DNA from: Candidatus Omnitrophota bacterium
Lineage (GTDB): Bacteria; Omnitrophota; Gorgyraeia; JAFGHF01
Length of the DNA stretch: 64,000 nt
Assembly: GCA_020341815.1 (NCBI GenBank)
Contig: CP070837.1
Span: 465,743-529,742, forward strand
Direction of reading: 5' to 3'
This document shows, one piece after another, positions 25,563 to 34,930 of this stretch. Positions within the stretch are counted from its first letter, which is position 1. Each line of letters begins with the position of its first letter. The notes beneath the pieces were generated by a model. The model saw only the letters and a program-made list of their open reading frames with translations, did not search any database and was not told the DNA's origin. The position numbers and the translations under genes were made by a program.

Positions 25563-26135
25563 TTACTTTATCTTTTCACTGGCAATCCAAACATCGACTT
25601 TGGCCCGGTCAAACTTCCAGTTATTACCTTCTTTTTGCGTAGGAATTTTGCCTGCCTTGGCCCAGTTTAATATTGAACTGGCGTCTACTTCTAAATATTT
25701 TGCCAATTCATCAACCGTCATCAATGCTTCCTGCATCGTAGAACGGCTGGGTTTGGCTGTCTCTTTTGATTCCATCTGAATTTTTCCCTGCACTACTGCC
25801 CCTTCGGCTATACTGAGACTGCAGGTGCGGATATCTCCCGCCAAATATGCGCTGCGGCTAAGACTGAGACTCCTGGTGGCCACTACATTGCCATAAACTT
25901 TGCCGCAAATTTCAATGTTCTCTCCGATAATATCGGCCTGCACCCGCGCATTTTCTCCTATGGTTAAATTTCCCTTGGTGTCCAGGCTGCCTTCAAATTT
26001 GCCGTTAATGCGCAAATTTACCGCATCGCGAAATGTAAGACTTCCCTGCATACTGGCATCAACATCAAGAATCTTTTTCTCTTCAGCTTGAGCCTTTAGC
26101 TCTTCCTTTTCCTTTCTTTTGGCCCTAAAAGCCAT
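25563..26135 (-). CDS. Bactofilin (polymer-forming cytoskeletal) domain fused to HTH_17
   Basis: Beta-helix repeats (LRINGKFEGSL, LTIGENARVQADI, LSIAEGAVVQG), then LMTVDELAKYL...WAKAGKIP...WKF. Confidence 0.85.
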   Translation of the reverse strand: MAFRAKRKEKEELKAQAEEKKILDVDASMQGSLTFRDAVNLRINGKFEGSLDTKGNLTIGENARVQADIIGENIEICGKVYGNVVATRSLSLSRSAYLAGDIRTCSLSIAEGAVVQGKIQMESKETAKPSRSTMQEALMTVDELAKYLEVDASSILNWAKAGKIPTQKEGNNWKFDRAKVDVWIASEKIK

Positions 26136-26156
26136 AGTTGCACCTCCTCTTTTTTT

Positions 26157-26243
26157 ATCACTGAAGCCACTGAACTTGTTACACTGAAGTCACTGAGAAT
26201 CTATTCAGTGTTTTCAGTATCATTTTTCAGTGTTCTCAGTGTC
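26157..26243. repeat. CACTGA x4 / TCAGTG x4 element, copy C
   Basis: Hexamers at 26159, 26168, 26182, 26191; inverted at 26205, 26214, 26227, 26236. Confidence 0.85.
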
Positions 26244-26915
26244 TTACAATTCCTGCCAACTAGCCCTTTCCACTCCTTTAATTCGCATTATATCCGTAAT
26301 AACCTGGTCATCCTGCCTGTTAGTTATAAGCTTTAAGTTCAATTCTACTATCACATTATTGCTGTCGGATTTCTTTTTTATTTCAAAATCTCTGATTTCC
26401 GCTTTATAATCGGATAAAGCCGAGCGGATATCTTTTAATTGCTGGGCATTGCCTTTGGTTTCCACGGCAAGTATTTTATACCAGTCCTTCTTTCCCAGCA
26501 CTCTCTCTACCCTTGTCAGGAAAAATAAAACAAAAAGCACCAGGGCCGTCGTTGCATAAGCGCCGGAATAAAATCCGCTGCCGATGGCCAGGCCTATTCC
26601 CGTCACCGCCCAGAGACTGGCAGCGGTAGTCAAACCGCGCACCGAGGCCTTAAAGCGTAAAATCGTGCCCGCCCCTAAGAAGCCGATACCGGTAATGACC
26701 CCGGCAGCTATCCTGGCCGGGTCTATCGTAGCCAATTCCCGATAGGCGTAAAAAATGTATATAGAAGTGAGCATAAGCAATGTTGACCCCAGACAAACCA
26801 AGATGTGCGTCCTCAAGCCCGCGGCGCGGCCATGGGATTCTCTTTCCAGGCCGATTAAGCCACCCAGCACAAAGGCCAGGATCAGGCGAATAACAGTTTG
26901 TTCTGCGCTAAACAT
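26244..26915 (-). CDS. MgtC/SapB family membrane protein
   Basis: IGLERE...AGLRTH, DPARIAAGVITGIGFLGAG, GLTTAASLW. Confidence 0.92.
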   Translation of the reverse strand: MFSAEQTVIRLILAFVLGGLIGLERESHGRAAGLRTHILVCLGSTLLMLTSIYIFYAYRELATIDPARIAAGVITGIGFLGAGTILRFKASVRGLTTAASLWAVTGIGLAIGSGFYSGAYATTALVLFVLFFLTRVERVLGKKDWYKILAVETKGNAQQLKDIRSALSDYKAEIRDFEIKKKSDSNNVIVELNLKLITNRQDDQVITDIMRIKGVERASWQEL

Positions 26916-26929
26916 AACCTCCCTCCTAT

Positions 26930-27928
26930 TTAAGTCTTAAGATTGGGCTGAACCTCAAGGTTTAAATTAGAAATTATACCCCTTCGGTAAAGCTGATATC
27001 CTAATCCTGCAACCATAGCCGCATTATCCTGACAAAGTGGACTTTGAGGAAAATGTACAGCTATGCCCCGGCTCATCAAGGTCTCCTCCAAGGCCTCTCT
27101 TAAGCGCCGGTTCATTATTACTCCTCCACCCACAACAAAGCTCTTTACTCTCTTAAAAAGACAGGCCCTGAGCGCCTTCTCTCTCAACATATCTACTGCC
27201 GCTTCCTGAAAACTCGCCGCAATATCTGCAATCTCACGCCCCGTCTTCTTTATAGTCTTATCCTTTACGTAATACAGGAGCGCCGTCTTTAATCCGCTAA
27301 AACTGAAATCCAGGCTTTCTTTACCCAAATAAGCCCGGGAAAACTTTATCCTGTCTCTACATCCGCCCTTGGCCTTCTTTTCTATAATTGGGCCCCCGGG
27401 ATATCCCAGGTTTAAAATCTTGGCTGCCTTATCAAAGGCCTCGCCTGCGGCATCATCGAGCGTGCTTCCCAGTATCTTCCATTTTAAAAAATCTTTAACG
27501 TAAAAAAGCGTGGTGTGCCCCCCGGAAACAACCAAACCCACAAAGGGAAAGCGCAAAGAATTCTGCATCAGACCCGCATATAAATGGGCCTGCAAATGAT
27601 TTATCCCCACTAAGGGCACATTTAAAGACAGACTCAAAGCCTTTGCCAGGGAAACGCCGATAAGCAAAGCCCCTACCAGACCCGGACCATAAACTACGGA
27701 TATCAAATCAATGTCACTTAATTTAACCTTTGCCTTATCCAGTGCCCTGGCCAAAACGTAATTGATAAGCTCCACATGATGACGGGTGGCTATCTCAGGA
27801 ACAACGCCGCCGTACTTCTTGTGTAAATGCAGGCTTGAAGCAACCTCATTAGACAAGATTTTTCTGCCATTTTCCACCAGAGAAACCGCCGTCTCATCAC
27901 AAGAAGTCTCAATACCCAATACCAGCAT
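26930..27928 (-). CDS. tsaD: tRNA t6A threonylcarbamoyltransferase TsaD
   Basis: LGIETSCDET, GGVVPE, HLQAH, VSGGHT, DDAAGEAFDK, DNAAMVA. Confidence 0.96.
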   Translation of the reverse strand: MLVLGIETSCDETAVSLVENGRKILSNEVASSLHLHKKYGGVVPEIATRHHVELINYVLARALDKAKVKLSDIDLISVVYGPGLVGALLIGVSLAKALSLSLNVPLVGINHLQAHLYAGLMQNSLRFPFVGLVVSGGHTTLFYVKDFLKWKILGSTLDDAAGEAFDKAAKILNLGYPGGPIIEKKAKGGCRDRIKFSRAYLGKESLDFSFSGLKTALLYYVKDKTIKKTGREIADIAASFQEAAVDMLREKALRACLFKRVKSFVVGGGVIMNRRLREALEETLMSRGIAVHFPQSPLCQDNAAMVAGLGYQLYRRGIISNLNLEVQPNLKT

Positions 27929-27930
27929 AT

Positions 27931-28701
27931 CTATTCCGCCAGCTCCGAAACAAAGACAAACTCGATTCCTTCTGCCTGCATCTGTGGAATCATATCTTTC
28001 AATACCTTCAAGGTGGTAACCTTGGGGTGGCCGATGCCTACAGCCTGTCCTTTCCTCCGGGCAAAATCGCCAAGCTTCTCAACCTGTCCCTTGATATAGT
28101 CGTAGCTATCCAGATTATCCAGGAAGATATTGCGCCTTGCAAACTTAATTTTCATCTTTGCAGCCAGTTCTTTGCAGACAGACTTATTCGTTACTAAATT
28201 ATCCAAAAAGAAAAGTTCTCTTTTTTTCAATTCGGCAAAGGTGGTAGACATAAGTCGCACATCCCCTGTTGCGCACGAGCCCATATGATTGGAGACGCCA
28301 CAGGCATAAGGCACCGATGCAAAAGCAAGCTCAATATTTTTGATAATCTCCTCATCCGGCATATCGGAGGTAATAGTGTGTTCTTCCAGGCCTATTTTTC
28401 TCCCTGCCTCTTCAGGTTCAAGAGGCAGATGTAGAATAATTTCTTTGTCATAACTCTTAGCGGCCTCGGCTATCTCGGATGAATAGTTCAAGTTAGGCAG
28501 GACAGATACAGTAATCGGAGCATCGATCTGTTTTAAAAGATTAAGGCAGCGTAAATTGTATCCCCAGTCGTCAATAATTATAGCGACTTTCGGGCGGGCT
28601 TCTTCTCTGGGTTTTAAGAAAATATTTTTTAGAGAAAAGACCAAAGCCGATATTGCTATAATAGCTAATAATATGGATAAAATTAAAATATTCTTTTTCA
28701 T
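27931..28701 (-). CDS. Divergent polysaccharide deacetylase (YibQ family)
   Basis: AIIIDDWG, LHLPLEP, NHMGS, RNIFLDN, IGHP. Confidence 0.88.
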   Translation of the reverse strand: MKKNILILSILLAIIAISALVFSLKNIFLKPREEARPKVAIIIDDWGYNLRCLNLLKQIDAPITVSVLPNLNYSSEIAEAAKSYDKEIILHLPLEPEEAGRKIGLEEHTITSDMPDEEIIKNIELAFASVPYACGVSNHMGSCATGDVRLMSTTFAELKKRELFFLDNLVTNKSVCKELAAKMKIKFARRNIFLDNLDSYDYIKGQVEKLGDFARRKGQAVGIGHPKVTTLKVLKDMIPQMQAEGIEFVFVSELAE

Positions 28702-28714
28702 AGCAAAATTCCCT

Positions 28715-30052
28715 CTACAAAGCCTCTCGTTCCTTATAAAGCATAAGGCCTTTCAGTAAATCCACCGCACGCACCAGCTGATTATCGTAAAAACCCTCAT
28801 TGCGCATAAAATCCTGCAGGGCAATCTTTATCTCCTTCGTTTCTTTGGGAATAGGTACCTTTTCCTCTTCTTTTTTTATTTTCTCAAATACCGTCTCCTC
28901 CTCGGTGGGCTCTTTAAATTCCCGCTCTTCAAATTTAACCTCTACATCGGGCTCTATCCCTTCCTCATGAATACAGCGGCCGCTGGGGGTAAAATATTTA
29001 CTGGTGGTCAACCGCAGGGCCGAGCCGTCAGTCAGGGGTATAACCGTCTGCACAGAACCTTTACCGAAGGTCTTCGTCCCTAAAAGTATTCCCCTTTTGT
29101 AATCCTGAATAGCCCCGGCAACAATCTCCGAGCCGCTGGCGCTGCCCTTGCTTATCAAAACAACTAAAGGATATTCGCGATGCTTAGTTGTCGGCCTTGA
29201 GCGAAACACCATATCCTGCTGGGCCTTTCGTCCGCGCGTAGATACTATTATTTTTCCGGAAGGGACAAACTTCTCCGTAACTTTCACAGCCGAATCCAGG
29301 AGCCCTCCGGGATTATTACGCAGGTCCAAAATCAAGCTTTGCATGCCAAGTTTTTCTAAACTGCGCAGAGATTTCTCAAGCTCCTGGGGACTTCTTTCCT
29401 GAAACTCGGATAACCTGATATAGCCGATATCGCCTTCAAATAATTTTGCCCGGCGAATGCTTTTAATCTTAATAATATCTCTAACGATAGTAAAATCCAG
29501 AAGCTTCTCCGCCCCCTCCCGCATTATAGTTACCTTAACGGAAGAGCCGGGCTTACCGCGTAATTTCTTTACCGCTTCCATCAGGGTAATGTCTCTGGTA
29601 ATCTCATCTTCTATCTTTACTATTCTGTCATCGGCCTTGAGTCCCGCCTTATAAGCAGGTGTATCATCAATAGGGGCAACAACTGTGAGTAATCCATCCT
29701 TGATGGCAATTTCAATACCCAGCCCGCCGAACTCGCCTTCGGTCTCCACCTTAACTTCCTTATATTCATCGGGCTCTAAAAATTGACTATAAGGGTCCAG
29801 GGACTTAAGCATCCCTTTTAAGGCGCCGTAAATTAATTCTTTATAACTGGTCTCCTCCGCATAGTCAGAACGAATTAGGGTAAGGGCATCGGTAAACAAC
29901 TCGATATCTTTATAAAAGTCATCGTTAGAGCTGGCCTTTATCTCCGGCTCAGCCGCTAAAGATTGTCTGCCTTCCTCACTAACTACCAATTGAGTCTGAA
30001 GGACAAAGATTGCGCCTATAATAATCAAACAAAAGATTAATATCTTACGCAT
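28715..30052 (-). CDS. ctpA: Carboxyl-terminal processing protease (S41A)
   Basis: LDPYS, PDZ GLGI, LDLRNNPGGLL, SASGSEI, GKGSVQ. Confidence 0.92.
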   Translation of the reverse strand: MRKILIFCLIIIGAIFVLQTQLVVSEEGRQSLAAEPEIKASSNDDFYKDIELFTDALTLIRSDYAEETSYKELIYGALKGMLKSLDPYSQFLEPDEYKEVKVETEGEFGGLGIEIAIKDGLLTVVAPIDDTPAYKAGLKADDRIVKIEDEITRDITLMEAVKKLRGKPGSSVKVTIMREGAEKLLDFTIVRDIIKIKSIRRAKLFEGDIGYIRLSEFQERSPQELEKSLRSLEKLGMQSLILDLRNNPGGLLDSAVKVTEKFVPSGKIIVSTRGRKAQQDMVFRSRPTTKHREYPLVVLISKGSASGSEIVAGAIQDYKRGILLGTKTFGKGSVQTVIPLTDGSALRLTTSKYFTPSGRCIHEEGIEPDVEVKFEEREFKEPTEEETVFEKIKKEEEKVPIPKETKEIKIALQDFMRNEGFYDNQLVRAVDLLKGLMLYKEREAL

Positions 30053-31481
30053 TGCCTCTCCTTTCCAACTGCTCCTTTAATATTTTATTGGCCACCTTAG
30101 GATTAGCCTTGCCGCGGCTTACGCGCATAATCTGTCCCACTAAAAATGTAAAGGCACTGGTCTTGCCTTGATAATAGTCGCCTGCCGCCTTAGGGTTTTC
30201 TTTAATCACCCGCTCAACAATCGTTTCTATTTCTTTTGTATCAGTAACCTGCACCAGGCCTTTTTCTTTTACAATATCACGGGGCTCTTTTTTGCTCTCC
30301 AGGGCTTCGGGCAGGATTTCCTTGGCCAGCTTTCCGCTGATTGAGCCTTCATCCATCATTTCAAGAATACTCACGAAACTCTTAGGCTTAAGCTCCAGAT
30401 AACGGATATCTATATTACGCTTATTTAAATGCGCTAATAATTCCGTCATTATCCAGTTGCTTACTATCTTGGTCTTATCGTATAACTGCACGCATTGTTC
30501 AAAATAATCCGCCAGATATTTATCGGCGGTCAATACCGCCGCATCATATCGAGGAATATTATATTCGCGCGCAAAACGCTCGGCTCTTGCCTGAGGCAGC
30601 TCCGGTAAAGACTCTCTGATTTTCTTTATATAGTCTTCATCCAGAATAAAAGGAACCAAATCCGGCTCCGGGAAATAACGATAATCGTGGGCCTCTTCCT
30701 TGCTGCGCATTGAAACCGTAACATTTTTAACCGCATCCCAGAGACGGGTCTCCTGGGTAATCTTTTTTTTCTTATCCAGAAGCTCTGCCTGCCGCTTAAT
30801 TTCATATTCTAACGCCTGCTTTACCCCTTTGAAAGAGTTCATATTTTTCAGCTCGACCTTATCCCCCAGGGCGCCTCCTGCTGATTTAAGAGACACATTG
30901 GCATCGCAGCGCAGGGAACCTTCTTCCATATTGCAATCGGAGACTTCCAGATATTCCAGTATTGCCTTAAGCCGCAGAAGATAGTCGTAGGCCTCTTCTG
31001 CCGAGTCTATATCCGGCTCACTGACAATTTCCAAAAGAGGAGTGCCGCTGCGGTTAAAATCGACCATGCTCATCTTGCCCTTTTCCGGATGGACCAATTT
31101 TCCCGCGTCCTCCTCCAGATGCACTCGCCTGATCCTTATCTTTTTCCGGCCGCTTTCACTATCAATGAAAAGCGCGCCGTTGTGAGATAAGGGTAAATCA
31201 TACTGGGAAATCTGAAAGTTTTTGGGCAAATCCGGATAAAAGTAATTCTTGCGGTCAAACTTTATAAACTTGGAAACCTCACAATCTAAAGCCAAGGCCG
31301 CCTTCAGGGAAAGCTTGAGCGCTGCTTCATTTAAAACCGGCAGGCTCCCCGGAAAACCCAGACATACCGGGCACGTTTGACTGTTGGGGCTCTGTCCGAA
31401 TTTTATCGAGCAGCCGCAAAAACATTTGCTCTTGGTATCTAACTGCACGTGAACCTCTAAACCGATAACCGGCTGATACAT
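30045..31481 (-). CDS. gatB: Asp/Glu-tRNA amidotransferase subunit B
   Basis: IGLEVHVQL, FDRKNYFYPDLPK, RCDANVS, YRYFPEPDL. Confidence 0.97.
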   Translation of the reverse strand: MYQPVIGLEVHVQLDTKSKCFCGCSIKFGQSPNSQTCPVCLGFPGSLPVLNEAALKLSLKAALALDCEVSKFIKFDRKNYFYPDLPKNFQISQYDLPLSHNGALFIDSESGRKKIRIRRVHLEEDAGKLVHPEKGKMSMVDFNRSGTPLLEIVSEPDIDSAEEAYDYLLRLKAILEYLEVSDCNMEEGSLRCDANVSLKSAGGALGDKVELKNMNSFKGVKQALEYEIKRQAELLDKKKKITQETRLWDAVKNVTVSMRSKEEAHDYRYFPEPDLVPFILDEDYIKKIRESLPELPQARAERFAREYNIPRYDAAVLTADKYLADYFEQCVQLYDKTKIVSNWIMTELLAHLNKRNIDIRYLELKPKSFVSILEMMDEGSISGKLAKEILPEALESKKEPRDIVKEKGLVQVTDTKEIETIVERVIKENPKAAGDYYQGKTSAFTFLVGQIMRVSRGKANPKVANKILKEQLERRGNA

Positions 31482-31485
31482 TGTA

Positions 31486-32934
31486 TTAGAGCTCCGGTTT
31501 CTTCAGGTGATAGTCTGTATTCTGCTCAAATGTGTAGGCACCTCTTAAAAGCACCTCTTCCTCAAATGCCCTGGCAATAAATTGTAAGCCGATGGGCAGG
31601 CCCTTCTCGTTGAACCCGCAAGGCACAGATATTGCCGGAAGCCCGGCCAAATTAACCGAAATAGTATAGATATCGGAAAGATACATAGCCAGGGGATTAT
31701 CTATTCTTTCTCCAATCTTAAAGGCCGCAGTAGGTGAAGTAGGAGTAACGATGCAATCGCAATCCTTAAAGGCGCGGTCAAAGTCTTCTTTAATCAGGCG
31801 TCTGGCCTTTAATGCCCTCAAATAATAGGCATCATAATATCCGCTGGAGAGAGCATAAGTTCCCAGAATAATCCTGCGCTTGGCCTCCTCGCCAAAGCCC
31901 TCACCCCTGGTCTTTGCATACATATCCAACAGGTTATCAAAGTCTGAGGCTCTATGTCCGTACTGCACACCGTCAAAACGGGCCAGATTGGAGCTGGCTT
32001 CTGCGGTGGCTATAATGTAATAATCCGCTACTGCATATCCGGTATGCGGCAGAGAAATCTCTTTAACCTGCGCGCCTAATTTCCTCAGTAAACCTAAGGC
32101 GGTTTCCACTGAATCCTTAACCTCTGTATTCAACCCTTTAGCAAAATATTCTTTAGGATAACCTATTCTAAGACCGTTGACATTATTTACAAGTGCCTTT
32201 GTATAATCAGGAACTTTTACGTCTGCGCAGGTTGAGTCCTGCCCGTCATGCCCCGAAATTACATTCAGAAGAATAGCCGCATCTTGAACATCTTTGGCAA
32301 GCGGCCCGATTTGATCTAAAGAAGAGGCAAAGGCAATCAAGCCGTAGCGGGAAACTCGTCCATAAGTAGGCTTAAAGCCCACCACTCCGCATAGGCTTGC
32401 CGGCTGGCGAATTGAGCCGCCGGTATCCGACCCCAGAGCCAGAATAGTTTCATCTGCGGCAACAGAAGCAGCAGAACCGCCGCTTGAGCCGCCGGGGATT
32501 CTTTTTAAATCCCAGGGGTTGTGCGTAGGCCCGTAACAGGAAGTCTCGCACGATGAGCCAAAAGCAAACTCATCCATATTGCCCTTGGCAAATATTATTG
32601 CCCCTTCCTGCTTTAAGCGCCTGACGCAGGTGGCATCATACGGAGGTTTAAAACCCTTCAATATCCGCGAGCTACAGGTAGTATCCTGCCCCTGGACGCA
32701 GATATTATCTTTGATTACAACCGGTATGCCAAAGAGCGCGCCATGCGAAGTGCGTTTCTCTAACTCTGCGCACTGCCTCAAGACGTCCTTCTCATCTAAA
32801 AAGCAGAAGGCCTTAACCTTTTTTTCGGTTTTCTTTATTCTCTTCAGTAAATCCTGGGCGATTTCCTTAGGTGAAGTCTTTTTCTGCGCTATTAAGTCGC
32901 TAAGCTGATGAGCTGTAAGGCGATGCAATTCCAT
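31486..32934 (-). CDS. gatA: Amidotransferase subunit A
   Basis: IKDN, GGSSGGSAA, GSDTGGSIRQP, SNLARFDG. Confidence 0.97.
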   Translation of the reverse strand: MELHRLTAHQLSDLIAQKKTSPKEIAQDLLKRIKKTEKKVKAFCFLDEKDVLRQCAELEKRTSHGALFGIPVVIKDNICVQGQDTTCSSRILKGFKPPYDATCVRRLKQEGAIIFAKGNMDEFAFGSSCETSCYGPTHNPWDLKRIPGGSSGGSAASVAADETILALGSDTGGSIRQPASLCGVVGFKPTYGRVSRYGLIAFASSLDQIGPLAKDVQDAAILLNVISGHDGQDSTCADVKVPDYTKALVNNVNGLRIGYPKEYFAKGLNTEVKDSVETALGLLRKLGAQVKEISLPHTGYAVADYYIIATAEASSNLARFDGVQYGHRASDFDNLLDMYAKTRGEGFGEEAKRRIILGTYALSSGYYDAYYLRALKARRLIKEDFDRAFKDCDCIVTPTSPTAAFKIGERIDNPLAMYLSDIYTISVNLAGLPAISVPCGFNEKGLPIGLQFIARAFEEEVLLRGAYTFEQNTDYHLKKPEL

Positions 32935-32936
32935 AA

Positions 32937-33209
32937 TTATTCGATTATCCTGGGCACGCTAAAGTTGTTTCCGGCGGCATGAGGGGCATTAGCCAGGACC
33001 TTCTCCTGCGGCAGCGAGGGCCTAACTTCATCCCGGCGAAAGACATTTTTCAAAGGAAGGACATGGCTCATCGGCTCAACGGAAGAGATATTAAGCTCTT
33101 TCAGCTTTTCGATATAGGCCAAAATATCCCCCAATTGCGTGCTGAGCCTCTTTTTCTCCTGCTTATTCAATTCAATACGGGCAAGCTTAGCCACATACTC
33201 TATATCCAT
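32937..33209 (-). CDS. gatC: Amidotransferase subunit C
   Basis: VAKLARI...VEPMSH...FRRD...NAP...FSVPRI. Confidence 0.94.
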   Translation of the reverse strand: MDIEYVAKLARIELNKQEKKRLSTQLGDILAYIEKLKELNISSVEPMSHVLPLKNVFRRDEVRPSLPQEKVLANAPHAAGNNFSVPRIIE

Positions 33210-33316
33210 CGCCCCTTTATCTCCTAATTATATTATAATAGTGAGCATTATTTTATACTTCAAATCAAATTATCATAAAAAAATCCAAAAGTCAATCAAA
33301 ATAATGGCCTTGGTTC

Positions 33317-33381
33317 ATATTTCCAAAGTTTCGCTTTGGAAATATAAATACAAAAGCCGATTCTTGAATAAAATCGGCTTT
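33317..33381 (-). terminator. Two tandem hairpins, probably including the terminator after the DUF2283-like gene
   Basis: AAAGCCGATT/AATCGGCTTT stem with T-run, and a perfect 12-bp ATATTTCCAAAG/CTTTGGAAATAT stem. Confidence 0.55.
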
Positions 33382-33409
33382 AGGGTTTCTAATATATTTT
33401 GTTTATAAT

Positions 33410-33658
33410 TTAGGCAAATTGAAGCTGTCCAAAAAGGTGAGGGCTTATTAACTTTGCTTTTTCAGTTGAGAAATTACGAGCGAAATCGATAATAGTTAAT
33501 CCTAAAACATGATTGGTATTGGGATCGCGTCTAATGATAACACCGTTTTCCTCTATGTCAGATATAGCTTTTTTAGGAGCTCCGATGCTCAGATAGAGAA
33601 CGTCGGCTTCTTTGTCATAAGAAATCCTTAACTGAGAAGCTGTCTTTTGTCTATCCAT
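33410..33658 (-). CDS. DUF2283 domain protein (antitoxin-like)
   Basis: ISYDKEADVLYL...GVIIRRD...VLGLTIIDF. Confidence 0.8.
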   Translation of the reverse strand: MDRQKTASQLRISYDKEADVLYLSIGAPKKAISDIEENGVIIRRDPNTNHVLGLTIIDFARNFSTEKAKLISPHLFGQLQFA

Positions 33659-33735
33659 CGTAAATCTCCTTTTTTAATTTTATCACTAACTTCTTATAAC
33701 TTAAACAGTTATACCCATTTTTCCAAAGCAAAACT

Positions 33736-34929
33736 TTATAAATACCGCCTTAATATTTTAGTAATATATCTATTTTCCCTAAACTTCTCCGTTTTCCAGG
33801 ATGAAGCAATTTCATGTTTATGTTTTTTCCAGAGCAAAGAATAGTTTTCCCAGCCGATAACAGGCCCTTCCCTTCTTACCCAGGGCGGGTTGGGCAGATA
33901 TTGATAAATGCCGTTGGGATAAACGGAAATATCCACGGTTTTATAAGTCCAGTAGGTCCAGTGGAAATTAAACTTCCTGAAACAATCCAGAACATCCCTT
34001 AAATATCTCAATTCCCCATAATATTTCGGCGCACGGAAGTTTATCCCGAACTCACCCACATAAATAGGTACCTGCCACTTTTGCTTAAGCTTGTGATACT
34101 CGGAAAGCATCCGGTAGACTTTTCTTTTGTCCCAGTATTTTCCCTCAATATATCCGGGGTATCTTAATTGACGCTGAAAATTAAAGGTAAAGTTTATCGG
34201 TTGATAAAAATGGATACTATAGGCGATATTTTCACCCTTTGGCTTTCCTAGGGGCTTAAGCTGCTGGCCCCAGAGATTTGCCTCTAAGAAAATTATGTGA
34301 TTTTTATCGACCTTCCTGATTTCCTTAACTACTCTTTGATAAAATCTGCATAAATCTTGAGGATTCTTTACCACTGCCTCATTGAGTACGTCATATCCGG
34401 CAATCGCGGGTTCATCCTTATAATGGCCGGCAATTTGCCGCCAGAGGGAAAAGCACTCTTCCTGAAATCTCTTTTTTTCCCAGAGAAGGACCTCACCACT
34501 TGAGTCGCTGTGCCAGTCGGGATTTTGCGCACCGGGAGCGGCGTGCAAGTCAAGGATACAATATAGTTTTGCTCTCTTACACCAACTTATCAGTCTATCC
34601 AGATAATCCCAGCCGTTATCCTGTTGGATGAGCCGATAGTTAAAAGGCGCGCGCAGACAATTCGCTCCCATCTTTTTGATCCGCAGGATGTCTTGATAAG
34701 TGATGAAGTTTTGCCGATATAAATATTTAAAGTTTTCTAATTCTTTTCTCCCATTGACCCGGGCAAATTCCTGTTTAACTTGATGGGCGGGGATATTGCG
34801 TCCGTGCAGGATGTAACCTTCCATCATCAGCCAGCCGCCCAGATTAACCCCGCGAAGATATATCCTTTTTCCTGAACAGTCGATGATATCTTTGCCTTCA
34901 ACGCGAAGCATCGATAATTTCCTATTCAA
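33736..34929 (-). CDS. Glycoside hydrolase family 5
   Basis: RGVNLGGWLMME, DLHAAPG.QN, YDVLNE (acid/base), HFY, VGEFG (nucleophile), WTYK. Confidence 0.88.
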   Translation of the reverse strand: MNRKLSMLRVEGKDIIDCSGKRIYLRGVNLGGWLMMEGYILHGRNIPAHQVKQEFARVNGRKELENFKYLYRQNFITYQDILRIKKMGANCLRAPFNYRLIQQDNGWDYLDRLISWCKRAKLYCILDLHAAPGAQNPDWHSDSSGEVLLWEKKRFQEECFSLWRQIAGHYKDEPAIAGYDVLNEAVVKNPQDLCRFYQRVVKEIRKVDKNHIIFLEANLWGQQLKPLGKPKGENIAYSIHFYQPINFTFNFQRQLRYPGYIEGKYWDKRKVYRMLSEYHKLKQKWQVPIYVGEFGINFRAPKYYGELRYLRDVLDCFRKFNFHWTYWTYKTVDISVYPNGIYQYLPNPPWVRREGPVIGWENYSLLWKKHKHEIASSWKTEKFRENRYITKILRRYL

Positions 34930-34930
34930 T

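Noticed and set aside
19168-26135. Excisionase-like genes as evidence of a prophage or ICE
   Set aside because: No integrase, att pair or phage/conjugation genes; the HTH genes are embedded in host operons.
16571-26243. CACTGA arrays as a CRISPR array
   Set aside because: Units are 6 nt with 3-8 nt gaps and are mirrored. There are no 23-47 nt repeats with unique spacers and no cas genes.
33210-33316. T-box leader before gatCAB
   Set aside because: Short AT-rich spacer without a T-box motif; only a possible sigma70 promoter.
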